A stretch of 64,000 nt of DNA, from contig JACPLN010000005.1 of the NCBI GenBank assembly GCA_016186485.1, forward strand, positions 41,256-105,255. Direction: 5' to 3'. Every line of letters begins with the position of its first letter. The first letter of the stretch is position 1. The notes beneath the pieces are model-generated. The model worked only from the letters and a program-made list of their open reading frames with translations. It had not been told where the DNA came from and searched no databases. This stretch comes from Candidatus Nealsonbacteria bacterium (lineage in GTDB: Bacteria > Patescibacteriota > Minisyncoccia > Minisyncoccales > UBA6532). This document shows positions 9,801 to 17,779 of the stretch, in pieces. The position numbers and the translations under genes were made by a program.

Positions 9801-9876
9801 GGTGTCCCCGGACCGATTTGAACGGTCAAGCTCCTCCTTCGCAGGGAGGCGTTCTATCCAATTGAACTACGGGGAC
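9800..9876 (-). tRNA. tRNA-Arg (anticodon GCG), CCA encoded
   Basis: Hand-folded cloverleaf: acceptor GTCCCCG/CGGGGAC, D stem GTTC/GAAC, anticodon arm CCTCC-CTGCGAA-GGAGG, T arm GACCG-TTCAAAT-CGGTC, ACCA end. Confidence 0.85.
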
Positions 9877-9888
9877 TTTAACGTTTAT

Positions 9889-9917
9889 AAATTACCATAA
9901 AATCGCCCTATTGACAA
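9889..9917 (-). promoter_or_regulatory. Candidate promoter for tRNA-Arg/recG (TTGTCA-N17-TAATTT on minus strand)
   Basis: -35 is complement of 9912-9917, -10 complement of 9889-9894; -10 ends 12 nt upstream of the tRNA 5' end. Confidence 0.4.
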
Positions 9918-9938
9918 TAAAAAGAAAACTATTAATAT
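9911..9938 (+). promoter_or_regulatory. Sigma70-like promoter TTGACA-N16-TAATAT driving the candidate sRNA
   Basis: Consensus -35 at 9911-9916, -10 at 9933-9938; -35 overlaps the minus-strand -35. Confidence 0.5.
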
Positions 9939-9945
9939 TAAAGCC

Positions 9946-10054
9946 AGTGAAAGGATTTGGTCGAGACGTCATCAAGATGTCGTGACCGCTGAGAGAAGCA
10001 GACTCAAGGGGGCAGCAAAGGGTGTCGAATCCGCTTCGGCACCATTTTATTTTT
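9946..10054 (+). ncRNA. Candidate small structured RNA (~105 nt), class unknown
   Basis: No ORF; bounded by a consensus promoter and a GGTGTC...GGCACC hairpin plus TTTTATTTTT; internal hairpin GACGTC-ATCAA-GATGTC; weak SRP-RNA domain IV-like string GAAGCAG..CAAGG..GCAG that I could not fold convincingly. Confidence 0.35.
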
Positions 10055-10060
10055 ATAGAA

Positions 10061-10128
10061 AAGCTGAATTAATATAAAAGTTGAATTGACAGGAAAGTTG
10101 AATTAATAGGTAGATTGACTATTATAGT
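10061..10128 (+). repeat. 17-bp tandem repeat, 3 good plus 1 degenerate unit
   Basis: AAGCTGAATTAATATAA / AAGTTGAATTGACAGGA / AAGTTGAATTAATAGGT / AGATTGACTATTATAGT at 10061, 10078, 10095, 10112. Confidence 0.7.
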
Positions 10129-10192
10129 GTAGTAATATTGCCATGGCATAATTATCACACTATAGAATCCATTAGATAATATACATAATATT

Positions 10193-11038
10193 ATGATAAT
10201 CGTTGACACCCACGCTCATTTGCAGTTCAGGGCTTATGACAAAGACAGGAACGAAGTTATAAAAAGGTGCCTAGATAAAGGCGTCTGGACAATTAATGTT
10301 GGCACGAATTACGAAACCTCAAAGGCCGCGGTTGAGCTGGCTAGAAAATGCAAAGAAGGGATTTTCGCCAGCGTCGGCCTCCACCCAATTAATTTGGATA
10401 CGGGATTGGTGAAAATACGCGTTGATCCTAACGAAGATAGCCATCCCGAAAAATATTTTGATTATGAAAAATACAGAGAACTTGCAAAAAATCCCAAGGT
10501 GGTGGCAATAGGGGAAGTGGGGCTGGATTACTATTGGAAGCCTAAAACGAAAGGAAGGCTGGAAGAATTTAAAAAAATGCAAAAAGAGTTGCTGGCCTTG
10601 CAGCTTAAACTAGCAAAAGAGCTTGACCTCCCCGTTATTTTCCACTGCCGAGTAGCCCACAGCGATCTCTTAGAGATCTTAAACTCAAATCCCAAATCCC
10701 AAACCCCAAAATTAAGGGGCGTAATCCATTCTTTTACCGGGAGCTGGGATGATGCGCAAAGGTTTTTAGCTCTGGGGTTTTACCTTGGGTTTAACGGCAT
10801 AATCTTTAAAAAAATAGAAGGATTAGATTTTGAAATTAACATCAAAAATACTCCGTTAAACAGGATGCTTATTGAAACAGATTGCCCTTATTTAACCCCG
10901 TCTAAAGAGAGCGGCCGCAACGAGCCAATTTTTATAAAACACATTATCCAAAAAATTGCTGATACAAAGGGCGTTAGTTGTGAGGAGGTTGGGGAGATTA
11001 CGGCCAAAAACGCCCATAAACTTTTCGGGGTACAATAA
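10193..11038 (+). CDS. tatD: TatD-family metal-dependent hydrolase/DNase
   Basis: N-terminal DTHAHL motif, GEVGLDYY, IHSF, ETDCPYL motifs. Confidence 0.85.
   Translation: MIIVDTHAHLQFRAYDKDRNEVIKRCLDKGVWTINVGTNYETSKAAVELARKCKEGIFASVGLHPINLDTGLVKIRVDPNEDSHPEKYFDYEKYRELAKNPKVVAIGEVGLDYYWKPKTKGRLEEFKKMQKELLALQLKLAKELDLPVIFHCRVAHSDLLEILNSNPKSQTPKLRGVIHSFTGSWDDAQRFLALGFYLGFNGIIFKKIEGLDFEINIKNTPLNRMLIETDCPYLTPSKESGRNEPIFIKHIIQKIADTKGVSCEEVGEITAKNAHKLFGVQ
10681..10713 (+). repeat. In-frame heptamer-like micro-repeat (CTCAAAT CCCAAAT CCCAAAC CCCAAAA) in tatD
   Basis: Period-7 G-free string encoding NSNPKSQTPKL. Confidence 0.6.
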
Positions 11039-11044
11039 AAAAAC

Positions 11045-11078
11045 GCCCAGGCTTTATATCTTTATCCGGGGCATTTTT
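11045..11078. terminator. Hairpin between convergent tatD and 11077-11793 gene
   Basis: GCCCAGG...CCGGGGC stem (one mismatch) followed by ATTTTTAT. Confidence 0.35.
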
Positions 11079-11793
11079 ATTGTTGTTTCGCATCCTTTTG
11101 TTTTTTGCGAAGAGATAGAAGGAGCTTGCTGATTTTGTCTCTGTAATTCAGCGGAGAGAAATTGAAAAGTGTCTTTAGGTCCAGTTCGTCAGGATTGTGG
11201 GCCAAGATGTAGTCTGCGATCTCGGCCTTGTAGGGAAGCACCGCTATCAGATTCCTTAAAATCTCATTCTCGGGGTTTCTAGCCAGGAATTCCAGAAATG
11301 CTTTCTTTTTAACCGGTTCTTCGGCCCCAATGGCAACCTTCTTTAAGGTGTTGATATCGGGATTCCTTGCTTTAAATTCTTCCCAGATATTTTCTTCCAG
11401 TTCTTCCCATGTCTCTTTTGTCAGGTTTCTTTGGGCGGCCACGATTAAGGATCCTAACTCATCTGCGTTTTTGCTCCTTTCTAAGAATACCTTTATGATT
11501 TCTTTTCTTAGATCGTTTAGCGTGTTTTTGTCTGAAATAAGTCTTAGGAATTCTTTGGTAGGATAGTTCCTGTCTTGAAACTCTTTCCAGGACTTTTGCC
11601 TGTATTCTTCCATGGTTTTGGGGTCGGTAATGAGCGTTATGAGCGTATTGAGTATATCTGCATTTGTTCTTTGGACCAGTTTTTGGAAAGCAGACGCTTT
11701 CTTCGGTTCCGGAGCAAGCGTTATGGCTTCCCTTAGAATTTGGTTTTCCGGATTTCCTGCCAGTATTTTTTCCCAGTCTTTTTGTTCGTCCAA
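11077..11793 (-). CDS. Hypothetical alpha-helical repeat protein
   Basis: 238-aa ORF with internally repeated NPEN(Q/E)ILR..I..LP and W(K/E)EF(Q/K)(D/A)RN segments; no family recognised. Confidence 0.5.
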   Translation of the reverse strand: MDEQKDWEKILAGNPENQILREAITLAPEPKKASAFQKLVQRTNADILNTLITLITDPKTMEEYRQKSWKEFQDRNYPTKEFLRLISDKNTLNDLRKEIIKVFLERSKNADELGSLIVAAQRNLTKETWEELEENIWEEFKARNPDINTLKKVAIGAEEPVKKKAFLEFLARNPENEILRNLIAVLPYKAEIADYILAHNPDELDLKTLFNFSPLNYRDKISKLLLSLRKKQKDAKQQ

Positions 11794-11843
11794 TTCCTAT
11801 CCCCCCTATTTTATAACAAAAATTTAAAAATGTCAATGCCGCG

Positions 11844-11872
11844 TTTACAAGAAGCGATTTGAAATATAGAAT
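11844..11872 (+). promoter_or_regulatory. Candidate leuS promoter TTTACA-N17-TAGAAT
   Basis: -35 11844-11849, -10 11867-11872, ATG at 11888. Confidence 0.45.
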
Positions 11873-11887
11873 GAAGCATAGAAAAAT

Positions 11888-14359
11888 ATGAGATATAATC
11901 CTCAGCTAATTGAGAAAAAATGGCAAAGAATTTGGGAAAAGACCGGGATTTATAAAACCAAGGATAGGGTCAAGGGCAAAAAGAATTTTTTTTGCTTGGA
12001 TATGTTTCCTTATCCTTCAGGGCATGGATTGCACGTTGGGCATTTGCATGGCTATGTCGGCTCGGATGTCGTTTCTCGTTATTACAGGATGCGGGGGTTC
12101 AACGTTTTGCACCCAATGGGTTTTGACGCCTTCGGCCTGCCGGCGGAAAACGCAGCCATCAAATTCGGGATACACCCTAAAGTTTGGACGTATAAGAATA
12201 TAAAAGATATAACTAAACAGTTAAAATCATTGGGAGCAATGTATGATTGGAAAAGGCTGATAATAACTTCAGAGCCGGATTATTACAAATGGACCCAGTG
12301 GCTCTTTTTGCAGCTTTATAAATCAGGCTTGGCTTACAGGCAAAATGTGCCGGCAAACTGGTGCAAGAACTGCAAAACCATTTTGGCAAACGAGCAGGTT
12401 GTTGACGGCAAATGCGAAAGGTGCGATTCCCGGGTCTTTCAGAAAAATATTGAGCAGTGGATGTTTAAAATCACAAGTTACGGGGAAGATTTGTTATCGG
12501 GGCTGGGTAATTTGGATTGGCCGGAGAACACAAAAACAATGCAGAGAAATTGGATAGGGAGATCGGAAGGATGGGAAATAAGATTCAAAATTCAAAATTC
12601 AGATCTCAAAACCACATCTCAAAATTCAAAATTTATTGAAGTGTTTACAACGAGGGCAGATACATTGTTCGGGGCTACTTATTTGGTGTTATCTCCCGAG
12701 CATCCAATTATTAAAAATCTTAAGTCTCAAATCGCAAATTTAAAATTCGTAGAAGAATACATAGAGGAAACAAAGAAAAAGACAGAAAGAGAAAGAATTT
12801 CTGAAGCAAAAGAAAAGACAGGGGTTGAGCTTCAGGGAATTAAAGCGGTAAATCCCGCCAACGGCAGAGAAATTCCTGTTTTCGTTGCAGATTACGTGTT
12901 AGGCGGTTACGGAAAGGGCGCCATTATGGCGGTTCCGGCACACGATCAAAGAGACTCCGATTTTTCTAAGAGACATAACCTGCCAATCATTAAGGTAATA
13001 AAAGCTGGCAGAGAGCGGTTCTCTGCTGAAAGGGCTTATGAAGGAGAGGGAATTTTGGTTAATTCCGGAGAGTTTGACGGCATGGATTCTATTAAGGCGA
13101 GAGATAGAATCGGAAAATGGCTTTCAGAGAAAGGTTTGGCGAAAAAATCGGTCTATTACAAACTTAGAGATTGGACGATTTCCCGCCAGAGGTACTGGGG
13201 GGCTCCGATACCGATGATTTATTGTAAAAAGTGCGGCTGGCAAACGGTGCCAGAGGAAGATTTGCCGGTTTTGCTGCCTCCTTTAAAGGATTTTAAGCCG
13301 ACCGAAGACGGCAAATCTCCTTTGGCTAGAGTTAATAAGTTTGTTGAAACCGCTTGTCCTAAGTGCAGGGGAAGAGCCAAGAGGGAAACCGATACTATGG
13401 ACACTTTTGTTTGCTCTTCGTGGTATTATTTTAGGTTTACCGACCCAAAAAATAAAAAGCAATTTGCTTCAAAAGAAAAAATAAAGATTTGGCTGCCCGT
13501 TGACATCTATATCGGAGGAGCCGAGCATACCGTTGGCCATCTTTTGTACTCAAGATTCTTTACCAGATTCCTGAAAAATAAAAAATATTTGAGTTTTTCA
13601 GAGCCATTTTTGAGGCTTTCGCATCCCGGAATCATTTTAGGTCCGGATAACCAAAAAATGTCAAAATCAAAGGGAAACGTTATTACGCCGGAAAGCGTTA
13701 CTAAAAAGTACGGCATGGATACTTTAAGGGTTTACGAAATGTTTATGGGCCCGTTTGGAGATTCCATGCCTTGGTCAACAGAAGGAATAGAAGGCAGTTA
13801 TAGGTTTTTGAAGAAACTGCAGAGATTAAACTCAAAACTCAAGTCTCAAAATTCAAAACCACCCGCTTCGCCAAAGCTTCAGCGAGGCGAGCAATTCAAA
13901 AGTCAAAAATTAGAGAAATTATTACACCAGACAATAAAAAAAGTAAGCGATGATATTAAGAATTTTAGATTCAATACCGCTATCTCGGCTTTGATGATTT
14001 TGGTTAATGAATTGCAGAAAGAGAAACAGTTAACAGTTAACAATTATCAATTATTGCTTAAACTTTTGGCGCCTTTCGCTCCTCATCTGGCAGAAGAATT
14101 ATGGTTGCCTTACGGCAAGTCGGTCCATCTTCAGCCTTGGCCGAAATACGATCCAAAATTGGTCAGAGAAAAAGAAACCACCCTAGTTTTGCAGGTTAAT
14201 GGCAAGGTAAGAGACAAGATTGGGGTTGAAATTGGCATTTCTGAGGAAAAAGCTAAAAAGCTTGCAATTTCCAGCCAAAAAATTAGAAAATGGATAGAGG
14301 GGAAAAAGGTGATAAAAATAGTATTCGTACCGAATAAATTAATAAATATAGTAATTTAA
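11888..14359 (+). CDS. leuS: Leucyl-tRNA synthetase
   Basis: PYPSGHGLHVGH (HIGH), KMSKSKGN (KMSKS), editing-domain TTRADT motif; 823 aa. Confidence 0.95.
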   Translation: MRYNPQLIEKKWQRIWEKTGIYKTKDRVKGKKNFFCLDMFPYPSGHGLHVGHLHGYVGSDVVSRYYRMRGFNVLHPMGFDAFGLPAENAAIKFGIHPKVWTYKNIKDITKQLKSLGAMYDWKRLIITSEPDYYKWTQWLFLQLYKSGLAYRQNVPANWCKNCKTILANEQVVDGKCERCDSRVFQKNIEQWMFKITSYGEDLLSGLGNLDWPENTKTMQRNWIGRSEGWEIRFKIQNSDLKTTSQNSKFIEVFTTRADTLFGATYLVLSPEHPIIKNLKSQIANLKFVEEYIEETKKKTERERISEAKEKTGVELQGIKAVNPANGREIPVFVADYVLGGYGKGAIMAVPAHDQRDSDFSKRHNLPIIKVIKAGRERFSAERAYEGEGILVNSGEFDGMDSIKARDRIGKWLSEKGLAKKSVYYKLRDWTISRQRYWGAPIPMIYCKKCGWQTVPEEDLPVLLPPLKDFKPTEDGKSPLARVNKFVETACPKCRGRAKRETDTMDTFVCSSWYYFRFTDPKNKKQFASKEKIKIWLPVDIYIGGAEHTVGHLLYSRFFTRFLKNKKYLSFSEPFLRLSHPGIILGPDNQKMSKSKGNVITPESVTKKYGMDTLRVYEMFMGPFGDSMPWSTEGIEGSYRFLKKLQRLNSKLKSQNSKPPASPKLQRGEQFKSQKLEKLLHQTIKKVSDDIKNFRFNTAISALMILVNELQKEKQLTVNNYQLLLKLLAPFAPHLAEELWLPYGKSVHLQPWPKYDPKLVREKETTLVLQVNGKVRDKIGVEIGISEEKAKKLAISSQKIRKWIEGKKVIKIVFVPNKLINIVI
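12584..12633 (+). repeat. In-frame heptamer micro-repeat block 1 in leuS
   Basis: TTCAAAA/CTCAAAA units encoding KIQNSDLKTTSQNSKF. Confidence 0.7.
12713..12747 (+). repeat. In-frame heptamer micro-repeat block 2 in leuS
   Basis: AAAATCTTAAGTCTCAAATCGCAAATTTAAAATTC encoding KNLKSQIANLKF. Confidence 0.65.
13827..13910 (+). repeat. Composite in-frame insertion in leuS: heptamer repeats flanking a GC-rich palindrome
   Basis: Heptamer-like strings 13827-13859 and 13893-13910 flank GCTTCGCC...GGCGAGC (13864-13891); encodes LNSKLKSQNSKPPASPKLQRGEQFKSQKL. Confidence 0.65.
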
Positions 14360-16191
14360 TGTGCGGCATTGTCGGCTACATCGGAAACAGGAACGGAATC
14401 CCCATTGCTTTAGCGGGATTAAAACGCCTGGAATATAGGGGTTATGATTCTGCCGGCATGGCCGCTTTTGATTTTAAAAAGAGCGGCGTATTTTCAATAA
14501 AAAGAGTCGGCAGGATTTCAAATCTAGAGATGGCTTTAGGCAAAAGAAATTTTGAAGGCAACCCCGTTGTTTTTCACAGCCGCTGGGCAACACACGGGCA
14601 GCCATGCGATAAGAATGCTCATCCGCATCATGACTGCAATAAGAAAATTTGGCTGGTTCACAACGGAATCATTGAAAATTTCAAATTCCTTAAAGACAAG
14701 CTTGAGAAAGAAGGGCATAAGTTTTATTCAGACACGGACAGCGAAGTTATTTCCCATTTAATTGAAAAATATTTTCAGGGGAATCTTGAGAAAGCGGTAG
14801 CTAGGGCAATAAAACTAGTCAGAGGAACTTACGCTTTAGCGGTAATTTCCGAAGACGATCCTCAAAAATTGGTGGCTGCCAGATTTTCTGCCCCATTGCT
14901 TGTCGGAGTGGGAGAAGGGGAGTTTATGGTGGCCTCCGATCCCTCAGCCGTAATTGGAAACACAAAACGAGTCGCCTATTTAGACGACGGAGAGATAGCC
15001 ACCCTTACTCCCGAAGGATTTTCCGTTACAGATTTGAACCAGGTCCAGAAAGAAAAGACCGTAGAAGAAATAGAATGGTCGCTTGAAGAAGCGCAGAAAG
15101 GAGGATTTGAGCATTTTATGCTAAAGGAGATTTTTGAGCAGCCAGATTCAATCAAAGATACCATAAGAGGGAGAATTCTGCTAAAAGAAGGAATGGCAAA
15201 GTTAGGAGGAGTGGAGGGTGTAAAGGATAAATTGAAAGAAATTAAAAGGCTTCATATTGTAGCTTGCGGGACCGCCTACTTAGCTGGCTTGGTGGGGGAG
15301 TATATGCTTGAAGAATACGCCGGTATTCCGGTGGAGGTTGATTTGGGGTCAGAATTCAGGTATAGATCGCCGATTTTAGACAAAGAAAGCGCCGCTTTGT
15401 TTATTTCCCAATCCGGCGAGACAGCGGATACATTGGCTTCTCTCAAGGAAGTCAAAGAAAACGGAGTTTTGAGCCTGGGAGTGGTTAACGCGGTAGGTTC
15501 TTCTGTTGCCAGGGAAACCGAGGCCGGAGTTTACAACCATGCGGGGCCCGAAATTGCAGTGGCCTCAACAAAAGCATTTACTTCTCAGGTGTCGGTTCTT
15601 GCCCTTTTGACTTTGCTTTTAGGCAGGCAGAGAGGAATGTCTAAATCTGCGGGCCAAAATATCGCTAAAGAACTTTTTCAAATGCCGAAGTTAGCCAGTT
15701 TGGTTTTGAAAGAAAACGAAAAAATAAAATCAATCGCCAAAAAATACAAAGATTGCCGAAACTTCTTATACCTTGGAAGAAAGTATAATTTCCCGATTGC
15801 TCTTGAGGGGGCCCTAAAACTAAAAGAAATTTCTTATATCCATGCAGAGGGCTACGGAGCCGGAGAAATGAAGCACGGCCCGATTGCTTTGATTGACGGA
15901 AACTTTCCGACCATTGCCATAGCTCCTTCAGACAGCGTTTATGAGAAAATGATTTCCAATATTATGGAAGTGAAAGCAAGAAGCGGAAAAGTAATTGCAA
16001 TTGCCACCAAAGGAAACAAAAAAATAAAAGAAATAGTTGACGACGTGATATATATCCCTGAAACTATTGAGATGCTGACCCCGATTTTAAGCGTCATACC
16101 TCTTCAGCTTTTTGCCTACCATATGGCCGTTCTTCGGGGCTGCGACGTAGACAAACCCCGCAACCTCGCAAAATCGGTAACGGTTGAATAA
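14359..16191 (+). CDS. glmS: Glutamine--fructose-6-phosphate aminotransferase
   Basis: MCGIVGY N-terminal nucleophile, two SIS-domain regions, C-terminal KSVTVE; TAATG overlap with leuS. Confidence 0.95.
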   Translation: MCGIVGYIGNRNGIPIALAGLKRLEYRGYDSAGMAAFDFKKSGVFSIKRVGRISNLEMALGKRNFEGNPVVFHSRWATHGQPCDKNAHPHHDCNKKIWLVHNGIIENFKFLKDKLEKEGHKFYSDTDSEVISHLIEKYFQGNLEKAVARAIKLVRGTYALAVISEDDPQKLVAARFSAPLLVGVGEGEFMVASDPSAVIGNTKRVAYLDDGEIATLTPEGFSVTDLNQVQKEKTVEEIEWSLEEAQKGGFEHFMLKEIFEQPDSIKDTIRGRILLKEGMAKLGGVEGVKDKLKEIKRLHIVACGTAYLAGLVGEYMLEEYAGIPVEVDLGSEFRYRSPILDKESAALFISQSGETADTLASLKEVKENGVLSLGVVNAVGSSVARETEAGVYNHAGPEIAVASTKAFTSQVSVLALLTLLLGRQRGMSKSAGQNIAKELFQMPKLASLVLKENEKIKSIAKKYKDCRNFLYLGRKYNFPIALEGALKLKEISYIHAEGYGAGEMKHGPIALIDGNFPTIAIAPSDSVYEKMISNIMEVKARSGKVIAIATKGNKKIKEIVDDVIYIPETIEMLTPILSVIPLQLFAYHMAVLRGCDVDKPRNLAKSVTVE

Positions 16192-16230
16192 TGCTGGTAA
16201 AACGTGCTATACTGAAACAGGTTTTTGAAA

Positions 16231-16620
16231 ATGGGGAATAATGACGAGCTATTAACAGAGAAAGAGAAGAAATTAATTGAAGAAACCCTAAAAAGGATAA
16301 AAGAGGCGGAAGGAAACAAAGATAAAATTGAAGAAGCCTTTATTGATTTTGAAAGCGAGCTGCCGCCAGGCAAGATAAGGTCTTTTATACAAAAAACCGG
16401 CAAAAGGATTGATCTTGTAGAAGAGATTAACGAATCTTGCGGTCTAGATGAAATAGATAATTTAATAGGGGTCATAGAGATAGTGAAAAACGGACTAAAA
16501 GACGGTTTAGAAATCGGCATACCGCAAGAAATAATTGATCAGTATGAGCATGTATTAAATACGATTCTTAGCTACTGCAATTTTGTGAGAATGAAAATTA
16601 ACTTCACGGGTCTGAAATAA
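16231..16620 (+). CDS. Hypothetical acidic protein
   Basis: ORF with TGcTATACT extended -10-like element at 16205-16213; no family recognised; track start 16225 is TTG. Confidence 0.45.
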   Translation: MGNNDELLTEKEKKLIEETLKRIKEAEGNKDKIEEAFIDFESELPPGKIRSFIQKTGKRIDLVEEINESCGLDEIDNLIGVIEIVKNGLKDGLEIGIPQEIIDQYEHVLNTILSYCNFVRMKINFTGLK

Positions 16621-16637
16621 GACCCCTTTTATTTTTT
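16608..16637 (+). terminator. Rho-independent terminator
   Basis: GGGTC-TGAAATAA-GACCC followed by CTTTTATTTTTT; stop codon lies in the loop. Confidence 0.6.
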
Positions 16638-16661
16638 GTGGAATATGTTAAGAAAATATAT

Positions 16662-17657
16662 ATGGCAAGAACGCCAAAAATTGTTTGTATAGGAGGGGGG
16701 ACAGGCACTTTTACGGTGCTGTCCGGGTTAAAAAAATACAATGCCGATCTCTCTGCCATAGTGACAATGGCAGACGACGGGGGATCATCCGGCATTCTTA
16801 GAGACGAACTCGGTGTTTTGCCCCCGGGAGATGTCCGCCAATGCCTAATAGCGCTGTCCGAAGAAGACCTTCTGTTAAGGAAGCTTTTTAATTACCGTTT
16901 TGGCTTAGGGCCGTTTTTGGGCCACAGCTTTGGCAATATTTTTATGGCTGCGATGGAAAAATCAACAGGCAGTTTTGACAAAGCGATAGAAAAAGCGGCA
17001 AAGGTCTTAAATGTCAAAGGCGAAGTGATACCCGTAACTTTGGATAAAGTAAGGCTGGTGGCAAAACTTGAATCGGGAAAAGAAATCGTTGGCGAAAAAA
17101 ATATTACAAAATCGCATCTTCTCTCAAGGCAGAAAATAAAGAAACTTTATTTGAAACCAAAGGCAGATCCAAACCAAAAAGCAATTAAAGCAATTAAAGA
17201 AGCCGATGTTATTGCGATAGGGCCGGGCAACCTTTATTCAAGTATTATTCCAAATCTTTTAGTTGAGGGAATACCGGAAGCCATTAGAAAATCTAAAGCA
17301 GTTAAAATTTACAATTGCAACCTAATGACAAAATTCGGCCACACCGACGGTCTAAACGTTAAAGATTTCGCTCTCGTCATTGAAAGATATCTTGGCGAAA
17401 GAGTTTTAAACTACGTAACTTATAATACAAAAAAACCACCCGCCGCATTTTTAAAGAAATACGCAAAAGAGGGCGGATTTGTTGAATGTCAAGACTTCAA
17501 AAATCAAGAAAATAAGTTTGTCGGCGCGGACTTAATATCAGACAAAATTTATGAGCAGGATAAGGCTGACACTTTTTTGCAAAGAACTCTTATTAGGCAT
17601 GATCCGGATAAATTAGCAAAGCTGTTAATGAAGCTATGTCCCGTAGTGAAAATTTGA
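16662..17657 (+). CDS. yvcK: YvcK/CofD-like (UPF0052) gluconeogenesis-factor family protein
   Basis: IVCIGGGTG...TMADDGGSSG motifs; last 5 codons and the TGA stop lie inside the MITE-like element. Confidence 0.8.
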   Translation: MARTPKIVCIGGGTGTFTVLSGLKKYNADLSAIVTMADDGGSSGILRDELGVLPPGDVRQCLIALSEEDLLLRKLFNYRFGLGPFLGHSFGNIFMAAMEKSTGSFDKAIEKAAKVLNVKGEVIPVTLDKVRLVAKLESGKEIVGEKNITKSHLLSRQKIKKLYLKPKADPNQKAIKAIKEADVIAIGPGNLYSSIIPNLLVEGIPEAIRKSKAVKIYNCNLMTKFGHTDGLNVKDFALVIERYLGERVLNYVTYNTKKPPAAFLKKYAKEGGFVECQDFKNQENKFVGADLISDKIYEQDKADTFLQRTLIRHDPDKLAKLLMKLCPVVKI

Positions 17658-17778
17658 CATTTCTTGACGAGTTATGAAAAAACAAACTACGAGGGTATAT
17701 CGCTAATTATTAATTTATAATAAGGAATTACAGCGAGTTTTGGCGAAATTAACTCGTTGTCAAATTTCTACTACGGGG
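17639..17778. mobile_element. MITE-like hairpin element, copy 1 (140 bp)
   Basis: Shares near-identical ends with 34140-34314; imperfect terminal inverted repeats; flanked by TATG on both sides. Confidence 0.7.
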
Positions 17779-17779
17779 T

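Noticed and set aside
9946-10054. The minus strand contains GGATTCGAC, reminiscent of the 5' part of tmRNA (E. coli GGAUUCGACGGG).
   Set aside because: Only about 170 nt separate it from the complete tRNA-Arg. There is no tag ORF or tRNA-like 3' end, and the promoter and terminator signals are on the plus strand.
10151-10159. TTATCACAC, a DnaA-box-like 9-mer near the tandem repeats and palindrome (possible origin).
   Set aside because: It has two mismatches to TTATNCACA, is a single copy, and no dnaA or dnaN is nearby.
17655-17657. Possible alternative genetic code (UGA recoding, as in some CPR lineages).
   Set aside because: Conserved genes end at TGA at family-appropriate lengths (for example parA and spoVR), and no in-frame TGA interrupts a conserved gene.
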